A stretch of DNA of 64,000 nucleotides from an uncultured Ohtaekwangia sp. (GCA_964602295.1 CAZRQK010000009.1:435-64434), one strand, 5' to 3'. Numbered from the stretch's first letter, positions 20,798-30,542 are shown. Notes: a model not told the origin generated them from the letters alone. Translations and numbers: made by a program.

Positions 20798-21538
20798 TTA
20801 GTGCGGTTCAATATTCCAGCCGAAGATGTTCACTTCAAACACCACTCCGTGGTTGGTCTGTCCGTGCGGGTAGTCAATCAACGCGGCCATGCAGAGTTGC
20901 ACGCGCGGATTGAGTGTGTAGAGCCCCCCAATGGTGGTCTGCGCTTTTTTGTGTCGGCCCGAGATGAAATCGCCCATAAGACTAAACCTGCGTGTGAGCG
21001 GCCACTCATAACCGGCAATCAAACCCACTTGGTGCTGCTCTCTGCCCACGAAGGTATTGTCGGTGTGGTAGGGACCAACCACCACATTGATTCGTTTCAG
21101 CATTTTTGTTTTTACGATGGCATAGTTGAAAAATGCGATGTGCTTGTTGGCTACGCGCGAGGTGATGTTGGGTCCGGCTTGGGTGCCGAGATTGAGCCGG
21201 ATTTTTTCGCTAAGCACAAACTGCTTTTGTAATGTTAACATGGCCAACGGGTACAGCGGTTTGCGCGCACTGTTATCGTTGTACGAGAGCACTGCGCTGT
21301 TGCCGATGCGCAAGGGTACATCTACAAGATTGACGCCCGCATCCCAACCTTTGCCCAAGCCCACCACCAGATGCGATTTAGACTCCAACTCATTCACTTG
21401 GTAGAAATTAAGCTGGTGCTGGTAGAAAAATTTTCCTTTCTTGGTGATGTCGCCCGAGGGAATGTTAAAGAGATTTTGTTGGGCATTCAATGGGGCGAAC
21501 AAGAACATAAAAGCAAGAATCAGTAAACAGGGCTTCAT
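20798..21538 (-). CDS. Hypothetical outer-membrane beta-barrel protein
   Basis: Signal peptide ending AQQNLFNIPS, alternating beta-strand pattern, terminal VVFEVNIF. Confidence 0.65.
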   Translation of the reverse strand: MKPCLLILAFMFLFAPLNAQQNLFNIPSGDITKKGKFFYQHQLNFYQVNELESKSHLVVGLGKGWDAGVNLVDVPLRIGNSAVLSYNDNSARKPLYPLAMLTLQKQFVLSEKIRLNLGTQAGPNITSRVANKHIAFFNYAIVKTKMLKRINVVVGPYHTDNTFVGREQHQVGLIAGYEWPLTRRFSLMGDFISGRHKKAQTTIGGLYTLNPRVQLCMAALIDYPHGQTNHGVVFEVNIFGWNIEPH

Positions 21539-21553
21539 CGTTTTCAGGTAAAT

Positions 21554-21591
21554 AGAACCTGCTTCCGCGCTACGCACGGGAAGCAGGCTCT
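21554..21591. other. Intergenic hairpin
   Basis: AGAACCTGCTTCC...GGAAGCAGGCTCT, 12 of 13 bp complementary; no U-tract. Confidence 0.55.
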
Positions 21592-21599
21592 GGATAGAA

Positions 21600-22382
21600 C
21601 TAGTTCTCTTTGGTGTTTAGAATAAGAGGTGATTGGCCATCGGTTACAATCACTTTTGCATTGGGCGATTTGGCCAATTCGCGAAAAGCTTCGATGGTTT
21701 GCCACTCGATCACATTTTGGTTGAGCCCCTCGGAGAGCACTTTCTGTGCATCGCGAATACCCTGCGCCTCAATCAGCTTGCGCTGCGCCTCGCGCTTTTC
21801 CCGCTCCAGCAAAAATTCCATACGTTGTGCATCCTGTTCGGCCTCCAGCTTCTCTTCCACCGCTCGTGCCAATCCTTCGGGCAGTTGAATGTTCTTCAAT
21901 AACACCGCTTCGATATCGAATCCCCGTGGCTGTAAGATGCGTGCCATCTGTTCAGCAATTTCCCGTTCTATGCTGGCCCGCTGTGCGGAGTGCATGTCTT
22001 TCGCAAAGAAGCGCGAACACACATCGGCAGCGGTGGAACGAAATACACTGCTGATGACATTGGGCTCGTTGCCCACTCCGATAGTTTCTACAATGTGAGG
22101 CGCCTTGTCCGGTTCTATGCGATATAGAATTGAAATGGCGGCCGCTACATTTAACCCTTCCTTTGATGGCAGGTTGGAAGTGATCTCCATGTTCATGGTG
22201 CGGATGGGCATTTTGATGATGCGCGTAAGAAATGGATTATATCCTACGGCCCCGGGCTGCAACACTTGGGGATGCAGTTTTCCAAGTTTCCGTTTTATGC
22301 CCACCTCGCCTTGGCGAATTACCGAACAAGAGGAGAGTAGAAGTAAAAAGGCAACAAGACCGAAATATGATTGTGGTTTCAT
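21600..22382 (-). CDS. SPFH / prohibitin-family lipoprotein
   Basis: LLLLSSC lipobox, LPSKEGL, AVLLKNIQLP, coiled coil EA.RK.IEAQG. Confidence 0.9.
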   Translation of the reverse strand: MKPQSYFGLVAFLLLLSSCSVIRQGEVGIKRKLGKLHPQVLQPGAVGYNPFLTRIIKMPIRTMNMEITSNLPSKEGLNVAAAISILYRIEPDKAPHIVETIGVGNEPNVISSVFRSTAADVCSRFFAKDMHSAQRASIEREIAEQMARILQPRGFDIEAVLLKNIQLPEGLARAVEEKLEAEQDAQRMEFLLEREKREAQRKLIEAQGIRDAQKVLSEGLNQNVIEWQTIEAFRELAKSPNAKVIVTDGQSPLILNTKEN

Positions 22383-22398
22383 GGTGATGAATTTTATG

Positions 22399-23241
22399 TT
22401 ACTCAAATTGAATTTTGATAGTCGGAGCCAAGTCCTCACGATACTGGTCTAATAAGATGTTGGGGAGTTTGTTGTTGGACACATCAATGTACTTGAGCGA
22501 CTTGATCTGAAAGAGTTCTTGAGGTAACTCCTGAATGTTATTGTGGTTCAGGTATAAGGCTTCCAGCCCGGTCAGCTGTTTGATTTCCCGTGGTATACCT
22601 GAAAAATGATCGCCCTCCAGGTGCAATTCTTTCAAATTTGGTAACCTGCTGAGCACCGGTAGGTTGGCGCTCAAATCGAAGTGGCGGTCGTTGTTGACAT
22701 ACAAGACCTGCAGACTCTTCAGGTTGGCAAACTCAACGGGTAGGGTTTTGATTTCGCTGTCTGAAAGTTCCAGGTATTCCAGGGCTTTTATCTTGCCGAT
22801 ACTGGCCGGTAGCGTGGTTATTTGCTCACCGCGAATATTTAACACACGCAGCATCGGGAGTGCGGCAAGTGTTTCGAAGTCTCGCGCTAAATTAACCGGC
22901 TGCCCATAATCCACATACAAGTTGCGCAGCGACTGCACGGCCTGCAACGATGGCGGCAGTGACGCCAGCCTGTTGCCCGATAAATCGAGATAAAAAAGGT
23001 TGTTCAGTTCGCCTATCTGGTCGGGCAGTGCGTTGATGCGATTACCACTCAAATCAAGGTATTTCAGATTTTTGAAGCGTGTAATCTCGGTCGGGAACGA
23101 TTCCAGGCCCTGGTTACGTAATGTCAGCCACTCCACGCGGTCGGGTGCCTGCATGGCGCTTTCAATGGACTGGAAATTTTGAGGTTGCGCAGCAGCTTGC
23201 AACAAGCCCAGTGCAACAAAAATGAAGATGAAGATTTTCAT
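22399..23241 (-). CDS. Secreted leucine-rich repeat protein
   Basis: Signal peptide plus repeated LxxLxLxxNxI/LxxLP units. Confidence 0.9.
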   Translation of the reverse strand: MKIFIFIFVALGLLQAAAQPQNFQSIESAMQAPDRVEWLTLRNQGLESFPTEITRFKNLKYLDLSGNRINALPDQIGELNNLFYLDLSGNRLASLPPSLQAVQSLRNLYVDYGQPVNLARDFETLAALPMLRVLNIRGEQITTLPASIGKIKALEYLELSDSEIKTLPVEFANLKSLQVLYVNNDRHFDLSANLPVLSRLPNLKELHLEGDHFSGIPREIKQLTGLEALYLNHNNIQELPQELFQIKSLKYIDVSNNKLPNILLDQYREDLAPTIKIQFE

Positions 23242-23243
23242 AA

Positions 23244-23417
23244 TTAATTTTCGTTAAGCGTATAATTGTTTCGCAGCCACAATTTCAGGCTTACCGCCTC
23301 CAGCGGGGTAAGCCAACGCAAGGCCTTGCGGTATTCTTTTTTGAACAGCTTTCGATCGAAGCTGACGCTTTTAAGTATGAGCTTACAATAGTCCAGCATG
23401 CATTTCTGGTCTTTCAT
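23244..23417 (-). CDS. Small hypothetical protein, 57 aa (absent from the ORF track)
   Basis: MKDQKCMLDYCKLILKSVSFDRKLFKKEYRKALRWLTPLEAVSLKLWLRNNYTLNEN*; stop lies 2 nt from the LRR start codon. Confidence 0.75.
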   Translation of the reverse strand: MKDQKCMLDYCKLILKSVSFDRKLFKKEYRKALRWLTPLEAVSLKLWLRNNYTLNEN

Positions 23418-23479
23418 ACAAAAGATGGTTATGGTTTGAAAAAATGATCAATAAATCCTGGCGTGCAAACGCAACGGGA

Positions 23480-23767
23480 TCAGATCAGCAGGGTGCAGTG
23501 GCGAATGACCCGGTTGACTACCGGGTGATGGGATGCGCCAGTGCGAAAAGTAGTGGTTACTATTTGAGGACGGTGGCTACGTGAAAGCAGCGCAGAGGCT
23601 GTGACTTTCTTTTTACGCTCCGCGTGGCATACAAATTCTTCTTTTGCCTCCGCGGTTTCGCGAGCGTACTCTATCAAAGGCTCACTTATGCCGGGTAGCA
23701 CTAAGCCAGCTTCTTGCACCATCAGGAGCAACAGGAAGAAAGTGAGGAATGTCTTGAACCTGTACAT
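23480..23767 (-). CDS. Small hypothetical protein heading the LRR-SPFH operon
   Basis: N-terminal hydrophobic segment, charged middle, C-terminal RVIRHCTLLI. Confidence 0.55.
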   Translation of the reverse strand: MYRFKTFLTFFLLLLMVQEAGLVLPGISEPLIEYARETAEAKEEFVCHAERKKKVTASALLSRSHRPQIVTTTFRTGASHHPVVNRVIRHCTLLI

Positions 23768-23885
23768 CGTGTTGGCAGGTATTACCCAGCGCTAGTAAAA
23801 ACGATAAAGACCGGCAAAGGTTTTCTAACGAAGATTAAAATTGTTGAAGCGTATTCATAAAGAAAATTTATGGATGACTACAGGG

Positions 23886-24482
23886 CTAGAAATCCGGGTC
23901 TAAGCCGAAACGCTCTTGTAATTCTTTCAGGGCCGGGTTTTTATCAGCCAGGTAATCGAATTTTTCTTTGTTGGTATAGATAATTCGCTTTCCCTCCACT
24001 TGTTGGAGTACACCGGTTACGTTGATGGAGCTATTGCTCAGTTTATCGCGCAAGTAGGTGATAAGCGAAGTTCTGATTCCCTGCAGCAAGGGCTCCTCTA
24101 CAGGGTTGTTCAGCGGCAGCGTAATCATGTTGCCGCTCAACGAAAAGTCGCGCGATAAAAGATTGTATTCGGCAATCTGGCCTTTCTTTAGCTCAGCAAA
24201 ATTCATCCAGACCTGCTTTACCTCATCCAGTGCGAGAGGTCGGTTTGCACCTGGTTGTTCTTGCCCCCTCGCAGGTTTTTCCTCCGTGCTAGTTGCAGGC
24301 TTTTCCTTGAATATGTTCTGCAGATTTATGGTAGCCTTAGGCTTTCCGTTGTCGCGAACTGGTTTGTTTGGCGTGGGTGGAAGAGGTGTAACAGTTTCTG
24401 TTTTGGCAGCGGGTAAAAGATCTACCGGTGTGGTTGGGGCCGGGGAGGGGCCGACTGGACTGATTTCCGGCTCTAACTCACT
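23886..24482 (-). CDS. dnaX: C-terminal (tau-specific) part of DNA polymerase III gamma/tau, in the -1 frame
   Basis: Frame is open from the A10 run to the stop at 23886: Pro-rich linker, then ...YTNKEKFDYLADKNPALKELQERFGLD. Confidence 0.85.
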   Translation of the reverse strand, partial: SELEPEISPVGPSPAPTTPVDLLPAAKTETVTPLPPTPNKPVRDNGKPKATINLQNIFKEKPATSTEEKPARGQEQPGANRPLALDEVKQVWMNFAELKKGQIAEYNLLSRDFSLSGNMITLPLNNPVEEPLLQGIRTSLITYLRDKLSNSSINVTGVLQQVEGKRIIYTNKEKFDYLADKNPALKELQERFGLDPDF

Positions 24483-25594
24483 TTTTTTTTTAGCGCTGCT
24501 TCCGTGGAGGCAGACGCACCATTAGCCAGGGTGCCCTTAAACATAGCATTGACATTGGCCATTTTCATTAAAGCCAGTTCTACCAGCAGGCGCTGGTTCT
24601 TGCTACTCTTGTAGTTAATATCGCATTGGTTGGCAATACTGAGCCACGATAACAACAATGCGGGAGGTGCCGCTTTGGCCTGCTCAAAGTATTTTTTCTT
24701 CGTGCTTTCGGGAACTTCCATCAGATCGATGGTACGCGCATCTTGCGATACCATGAGGTTGCGGAAGTGCTCGCTCAAACCTGCAATGAAGTTGTGTCCG
24801 TCAAATCCTTTTTTCAGGATTTCGTCCAACAGCAGCAACGGCACCGTTTGATTTTCTGCCAGCAGGCCATCCACTACTTTGAAATAATAATCGTAGTCAA
24901 GAATGTGCAGGTTGTTCAGCACATCTTTGAAGGTAACACCCTTGCCCGAGGAAAAAGTCACCATCAGATCGAAGATGGAAAGACCATCGCGCAAAGCGCC
25001 ATCGGCTTTTTGAGCTATCAGGTGAAGGGCTTCTTCTTCGGTAGTTATGCCTTCGCGGTCGGCAATTTTTTTCAACTGCCGCGCGATGTCGCTTACCTGT
25101 ATCCTATTGAAATCAAAAATCTGGCAGCGAGAAAGGATGGTAGGGATCACTTTGTGCTTCTCGGTGGTGGCCAGAATAAAAATGGCATAAGAAGGCGGCT
25201 CTTCCAGCGTTTTCAAAAATGCATTGAAAGCAGCATTGGAGAGCATGTGCACCTCGTCTATAATATAGACCTTGTACTTGCCAAATTGAGGTGGGTAGCG
25301 CACCTGGTCAATCAGGTTACGAATGTCTTCCACCGAGTTGTTGGAAGCCGCGTCCAGTTCGAAAATATTGAGCGAGTTGAGTTCCGCTTTTTCTTCGAAG
25401 CCGTTGATCATGCGCGCCACAATGCGGGCGCAGGTGGTTTTACCCACACCGCGCGGGCCACAGAACAAAAGTGCCTGAGCCAGCTTTTTGTTATCGATCG
25501 CGTTTTTCAGCGTGGTGGTAATGTGCTCCTGGCCCACCACTTCTTCGAAGCCAAGCGGGCGGTATTTACGGGCGGAAACAACAAAACCTTCCAT
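24473..25594 (-). CDS. dnaX: DNA polymerase III subunit gamma/tau, N-terminal AAA+ part (gamma-length product)
   Basis: SARKYRP, GPRGVGKTT, ELDAASNN, IIDEVHMLS, TILSRCQ; stop comes 2 codons after the A10 run. Confidence 0.97.
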   Translation of the reverse strand: MEGFVVSARKYRPLGFEEVVGQEHITTTLKNAIDNKKLAQALLFCGPRGVGKTTCARIVARMINGFEEKAELNSLNIFELDAASNNSVEDIRNLIDQVRYPPQFGKYKVYIIDEVHMLSNAAFNAFLKTLEEPPSYAIFILATTEKHKVIPTILSRCQIFDFNRIQVSDIARQLKKIADREGITTEEEALHLIAQKADGALRDGLSIFDLMVTFSSGKGVTFKDVLNNLHILDYDYYFKVVDGLLAENQTVPLLLLDEILKKGFDGHNFIAGLSEHFRNLMVSQDARTIDLMEVPESTKKKYFEQAKAAPPALLLSWLSIANQCDINYKSSKNQRLLVELALMKMANVNAMFKGTLANGASASTEAALKKKVS

Positions 25595-25945
25595 GGGGCC
25601 GCAAGATAGGTTTTGAGTTCTTAAGTTGGAACAGGCTTTAGTCGAAATTGTAAAAACAATATACGATCTGTTATGTATTTTTTGAAAAAGTGGGCAAATA
25701 CATAAAAGTCACTGGATTGCTGCCCGAAGACACCATAGTGATGGTAAATGATGGCAGCAGCGCTAACAACCTTTGTGTTACATGGAGCCCTCGGGTCTTT
25801 GTGGCTGCATTAATTTTTATTTTTTACCACCAAGGCACTTAGACACTAAGGTTCGCGAAGCACACATAGTCTCTTAGAATTTAATAGTAACATTTAAAGT
25901 ATTAGTGACCAACGGACTAACACCCTTGTTTACCGATAGCATTTC

Positions 25946-27472
25946 CTACAACCGCTCTGTCAAAATTCCCAAAAACGTTTTCACTGCATCGATGTAGTTA
26001 CCCACGCGAATGTTCTCGTTTTCTGCGTGTTGGTTGTTATCGGGGTTTACGGTGGGCACACTTACGGCTGGCACACCCAGTGTGGTAACAAAAGGTGAAA
26101 TGGGAATGGAGCCACCTGCCGTTCGAATCTGGATGGGTGGTTTACCAAAAGTTTTGGTCATGGCCTTGTTCAGCCACAAGCCCACTTCTGAGTTAAAGGG
26201 TGTCTGAAAGGCCAGGTACGATACGCTCGATTGGAACGAGGCTATTTTCGGATACTTCAACCGTTCCTCTTCGGTAGGTTGCCCATTTACCAGATAATAG
26301 CCCTGTTGTTCAATGTGATTTTTTACAAGCGCAATGAGTCGGTCTGGGTTGCTGCTGGGCACCAGGCGGATGTCTATCTCCGCTGTAGCGGTAGCAGGAA
26401 TCAACGTGCGCGCCTCTGCGCCTATGTACAAGGCATCGAGGCCGCGTATATTCAGCGTAGGGTACTGCAGCGATTCCTGAAAGTTCGCACCTATGTCATC
26501 GGGTTGAGCAATGCCGAGAAACTTTTTTATTTCATTTTCATCATCGGGCACTTGCTTTAGCACTTGCTTTTCTTCTTCTGTCAATATGATACCTTCGTAA
26601 AACCCTGGAATCGTAACCCGTCCACGGTCGTCCTTCATGCTGGCCAGCAGTTGCGCCAGGCGCATGGCGGGGTTGGGTGTGTAGTTACCGTAGTTGCCAC
26701 TGTGTACGGGCGTGCGTGGGCCGAAAGTGGTAATGGTAATGTCGCAGATGCCGCGTGCGCCAAACGTAAGCGTTGGCTGGTTGCTTACATGGCGGGGCCC
26801 ATCGAAAATAATAAATAGGTCGGAAGCAAGTGCATCTTCGTAGTTGGCAACCGCAGCGGGCAGATTGGGAGAGCCTAGCTCTTCTTCAAAATCCATGATC
26901 ACCTTCATGTGGAAATTCGGCTCTTGCTTCAATTCTTTCAAGGCATCCAGCGAGGCCAGAAACGCGGCCGCAGGCCCTTTGGCATCGGATGTTGACCGTG
27001 CAAAGATGCGCCAATCGGGGTTAATGGTTTCGTATAGTTTCCCGTAGGGGATGTTGCTCCATTTGCCATCGGTTCCTTGTTCTTTTAATGTGGGGATCCA
27101 GGGGCTTTCCTGGTTCCATTGCGAAGGGTTCACCGGCTGACCATCAATCTGTAGATAGATCAAAACCGTTTTCAGCGACTGCCCACTTTTGGGTTTAATA
27201 GAAGTTTTTCTTTCGGCTAGCAACAGTGGCACTGTAGGTGTAGCGAGGCGTTGGGTGGCAAAGCCTCTTTTGGCGAAAGCGGTTTCGCACCACTGCACGT
27301 TTTTCTCAATATCGGCCGGGAAATGTGCATCGTTGGGTAGGCTTAGCAGGTCGTAAAATTCTTTGAACGAAGCAATGGCGTGTTTCTCTGCCACCGCCTC
27401 AACGTTGGCGTTCTTTTGGGCCCAGCCACGTAGGCACCACAAACAAAGTACAAGCAGGAGGTATTTTTTCAT
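25946..27472 (-). CDS. M20/M25/M40 metallopeptidase, exported
   Basis: DGQP, ARSTSDAKGP, DFEEELGS, HSGNYG, NNQHAENEN. Confidence 0.88.
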   Translation of the reverse strand: MKKYLLLVLCLWCLRGWAQKNANVEAVAEKHAIASFKEFYDLLSLPNDAHFPADIEKNVQWCETAFAKRGFATQRLATPTVPLLLAERKTSIKPKSGQSLKTVLIYLQIDGQPVNPSQWNQESPWIPTLKEQGTDGKWSNIPYGKLYETINPDWRIFARSTSDAKGPAAAFLASLDALKELKQEPNFHMKVIMDFEEELGSPNLPAAVANYEDALASDLFIIFDGPRHVSNQPTLTFGARGICDITITTFGPRTPVHSGNYGNYTPNPAMRLAQLLASMKDDRGRVTIPGFYEGIILTEEEKQVLKQVPDDENEIKKFLGIAQPDDIGANFQESLQYPTLNIRGLDALYIGAEARTLIPATATAEIDIRLVPSSNPDRLIALVKNHIEQQGYYLVNGQPTEEERLKYPKIASFQSSVSYLAFQTPFNSEVGLWLNKAMTKTFGKPPIQIRTAGGSIPISPFVTTLGVPAVSVPTVNPDNNQHAENENIRVGNYIDAVKTFLGILTERL

Positions 27473-27501
27473 TGCATGGTTGATATCAGTGAACAATATT
27501 T

Positions 27502-28014
27502 TCATTTGTTGAGGTATTTGTCTGGCAGGGGAAATCCAAGGCTTTCCGCGCACCAGAAAATATTCATCACATAATATCGGTGGCCATCAAAAAAGAGCTG
27601 AATGGAATTGATGCCCCGGTTCGTCACAGGCCCATCGGCTTTTTCTTTGGTTTCGTAGGTGCTGAAAACCTGGGTGATGGTGCCGTACGACTCGGAAGTG
27701 CGACTTAACTCGCGCTCGAAAAAGCCGGTGGTAATGCGCGTGGAAAACATTTGCACGTAGTCTTCCGGGGCCAAAACACGGTAGGTAAATTCACCTTGTT
27801 GGTTTTTGGTTGTGGGAATAAGCCTGGCTTCGGGCTTGAAAAGGTTGCGAAAGCGATTCCAGTCGCGGGGTTGGCCTGGCTCTCCGGAAATAACATCGTA
27901 CAAAGCCGCGATAATGCCATCTACAGAAGCTACATCCTTAGCGTAGTCGGTGGGGTTTTGCCCTAACACGCTTAAGTAGCTAAAGATCAGAAGGGCCGAA
28001 AGTATCAATTTCAT
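27502..28014 (-). CDS. Exported hypothetical protein (NTF2/SnoaL-like)
   Basis: Signal peptide; ALYDVISG, RDW.RFR.LF, GFFERE, RGINSIQL. Confidence 0.7.
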   Translation of the reverse strand: MKLILSALLIFSYLSVLGQNPTDYAKDVASVDGIIAALYDVISGEPGQPRDWNRFRNLFKPEARLIPTTKNQQGEFTYRVLAPEDYVQMFSTRITTGFFERELSRTSESYGTITQVFSTYETKEKADGPVTNRGINSIQLFFDGHRYYVMNIFWCAESLGFPLPDKYLNK

Positions 28015-28160
28015 AGAGTTCAACTAATTTAAAAGATGTTAGTTTTAAAGAGGATCAGTCGCTAAGTTAATTTTTTGCTACAGAATCATTTCACACAAGA
28101 CAAAGCTTCTTTTCATTTTGAAACAATCGGTACCTGTTTGTTGTTGCCTTAAGCGGTTTT

Positions 28161-28730
28161 ATGGAGCAGTTAACAGCAGTCATTCGCAGCATGATCGAAA
28201 TTTCCGACAATGAGTTGGAAAACTTTCTGAAGCTATGTTATCAGAAAAAGTTTAGCCCTAAAGAATTTTTGAGCCAGCAGGGTGAGGTGGGTAATGAAAT
28301 TTTCTTCATTGTAAAGGGTATTACACGAACCACCATTGTGGATCATCAGGGTGAAGAACATACGATTCACTTTTCACCCGAAAATCAATTTATTGCTGAC
28401 TATACCAGCTTTATGTTGCGCACGCCTGCTAACAACAACATACAAGCCATTGAAGAAACGGACGTGGTGGTAATGCCGCGCGAGGCCATCGAGTGGGGTT
28501 ATGCCCACCTTACACAAGGCGACAAGATGGGAAGGCTGATTGCTGAATATTACTTTATCTACTTCGACAACCGCTTGAAGAATCAATATGTTTTCACGCC
28601 CGCACAGCGGTATGAAAATATCACGAAAGTATTTCCAAATATCCATAACCGAGTGCCGCAGCACATGATTGCCTCCTACCTGGGCGTGTCAGCTGTGCAC
28701 CTGAGTCGGCTAAAAAAGGAGCTGAGATAG
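28161..28730 (+). CDS. Crp/Fnr-family cNMP-binding regulator
   Basis: cNMP beta-roll, RVPQHMIASYLGVSAVHLSR HTH. Confidence 0.9.
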   Translation: MEQLTAVIRSMIEISDNELENFLKLCYQKKFSPKEFLSQQGEVGNEIFFIVKGITRTTIVDHQGEEHTIHFSPENQFIADYTSFMLRTPANNNIQAIEETDVVVMPREAIEWGYAHLTQGDKMGRLIAEYYFIYFDNRLKNQYVFTPAQRYENITKVFPNIHNRVPQHMIASYLGVSAVHLSRLKKELR

Positions 28731-28819
28731 GGGTTCCTGTTTTCTTTCTTAAAAACCTAAACAAATGTTAACGTTTCAGCACAGTTTGCTGATCGACATT
28801 TGTTTTATAATTCAACAAA

Positions 28820-29608
28820 ATGAAAGACCTCGTACTTATTACCGGAGCCACCTCAGGCATCGGCTATGAAATGGCGCTGCAATTGGCAGCGAAGAAATTC
28901 GATTTGGTGCTGGTGGCCAGACGCCACGATCGCTTACAGCAAATGAAAGCGGATTTAGAGACGCGTCATTCCATTCAGGTACACACCTTCAACAAAGACC
29001 TGTCGGATGTGACGCAGGCGGTGGAACTTTACGAAGAGCTAAAAGTGCAAGGTCTTGAAACAACCATGTTGATAAATAATGCAGGTGTGGGCGTTTATGG
29101 CGAATTTATTAACACCGATTTGCAACAAGAACTTCGCATGATCGAACTCAATACATCTTCGGTTGTGGCACTTTCTAAACTGTTTGTGCAAGATATGGTG
29201 GTGCGTAAGCGTGGACGAATTATGAATGTAGCCTCTTTGCTTTCGTTTTTACCGTTTCCATATTACTCAGTCTACTCGGCAACCAAAGCATTTGTGCTGG
29301 CATTTTCTGAAACCTTTGCCGCGGAGTTGCAAGGCACGGGCGTGCAGGTGGTAACCTTGTGCCCCGGTCCGGTGGATACTGCATTTACTACTGACGCGAT
29401 GTGGAAAACAAATGCCTATAAGGCGAACAAACCTGTTGCCGCAAGCGAGGTGGCCCGGCAGGGGGTGGAACTACTGCTTCATGGAAGTGGGAAGAAAATT
29501 GTAGGATTCAACAATTGGTTTATTTCCAATTTGCCACGCGTTACACCCGACTCCCTGATGATGAAAATCAAAAAATCGCTGGCCAGCCAACAGAAGGCAG
29601 TATCCTGA
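28820..29608 (+). CDS. Short-chain dehydrogenase/reductase
   Basis: TGATSGIG, NNAG, YSATK. Confidence 0.93.
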   Translation: MKDLVLITGATSGIGYEMALQLAAKKFDLVLVARRHDRLQQMKADLETRHSIQVHTFNKDLSDVTQAVELYEELKVQGLETTMLINNAGVGVYGEFINTDLQQELRMIELNTSSVVALSKLFVQDMVVRKRGRIMNVASLLSFLPFPYYSVYSATKAFVLAFSETFAAELQGTGVQVVTLCPGPVDTAFTTDAMWKTNAYKANKPVAASEVARQGVELLLHGSGKKIVGFNNWFISNLPRVTPDSLMMKIKKSLASQQKAVS

Positions 29609-29668
29609 TTTTTTTCTATGATCGTGAAATAATTTAGGTACTTGGGCTACTCATGGAAATAAAAGACA

Positions 29669-29944
29669 ATGACCCAGGCAAAAACACAACCCCGCGACTT
29701 CACAACGGGTTTTAACCGGGTGATGTACGGCCTTATGGTATTGTTAAGCATCTACCATGTAGGGCTCAACAACGATCTGGCAAGTGCCATGAGTAGTTTA
29801 GGCATCGCGCTCATTTTCGACCCTTTTCGGCCGGAGATAAGCTGGAGCAAGCGGCCACTTTATCAAAAAGTGGTTTTAATGGTTCACCTTTCCCTGGTAT
29901 TACTGTTGATAGGTATTTTGGTTTACAATTATTTTGCACGTTAA
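29669..29944 (+). CDS. Small membrane protein
   Basis: About three hydrophobic segments; LGIALIFDPF...W.KRPLYQK. Confidence 0.7.
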   Translation: MTQAKTQPRDFTTGFNRVMYGLMVLLSIYHVGLNNDLASAMSSLGIALIFDPFRPEISWSKRPLYQKVVLMVHLSLVLLLIGILVYNYFAR

Positions 29945-30009
29945 CTGCCGGATTTTCGAGCCCTGTAAACAACCTTTAAATACATCTTTTCCGTATACGA
30001 CCGAAGTAT

Positions 30010-30537
30010 ATGGACAGGAACAAGTTTATGGTGAGGTCGGCTCTTCCCCACGAGTATAAAGTTGTGGGTCAGTTGATGGTGAATGTATACTCCCACTTGT
30101 CTGGATTCCCAACCCCCGAAGAGCAGCCCGCTTATTATCAACTGCTGGCCAACGTGGGCTCTCTGAAAGAATCTGGTAAAGCAGAACTGCTAGTGGCTTC
30201 TTCTGATTCAAATTTTATTGGGGGCGCGGTGGTTTATTTCAACGATATGAAGAACTATGGATCGGGCGGCACGGCTACGCAAGAGGTGAATGCGGCTGGG
30301 TTCCGGTTGTTGGCGGTCGATCCTGCTACGCGTGGATTAGGTCTTGGCAAAATGCTGGTGAATTACTGTATTGAAAAAGCACGTGCAGACGGTTGCCAAC
30401 AAATGATTATCCACACAACGCAAGCCATGCAACCAGCCTGGAAAATGTACGAACAGATGGGCTTTAGGCGCTCGGAAGACCTCGACTTCATGCAGGGACA
30501 GCTATCCGTTTTCGGCTTCAGGTTGCCATTGCAATAG
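30010..30537 (+). CDS. GNAT N-acetyltransferase
   Basis: RLLAVDPATRGLGLG and MQPAWKMYEQMGF. Confidence 0.9.
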   Translation: MDRNKFMVRSALPHEYKVVGQLMVNVYSHLSGFPTPEEQPAYYQLLANVGSLKESGKAELLVASSDSNFIGGAVVYFNDMKNYGSGGTATQEVNAAGFRLLAVDPATRGLGLGKMLVNYCIEKARADGCQQMIIHTTQAMQPAWKMYEQMGFRRSEDLDFMQGQLSVFGFRLPLQ

Positions 30538-30542
30538 CTGGT

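Noticed and set aside
24743..25609. Long antisense ORFs (also 45067-45744, 32185-32793, 38903-39454 and others)
   Set aside because: Shadows of well-supported genes on the opposite strand, with no recognisable motifs.
25654..25840. Possible GT2 glycosyltransferase fragment (TIVMVNDGSS)
   Set aside because: A single short motif in a frame with no convincing start; could be chance.
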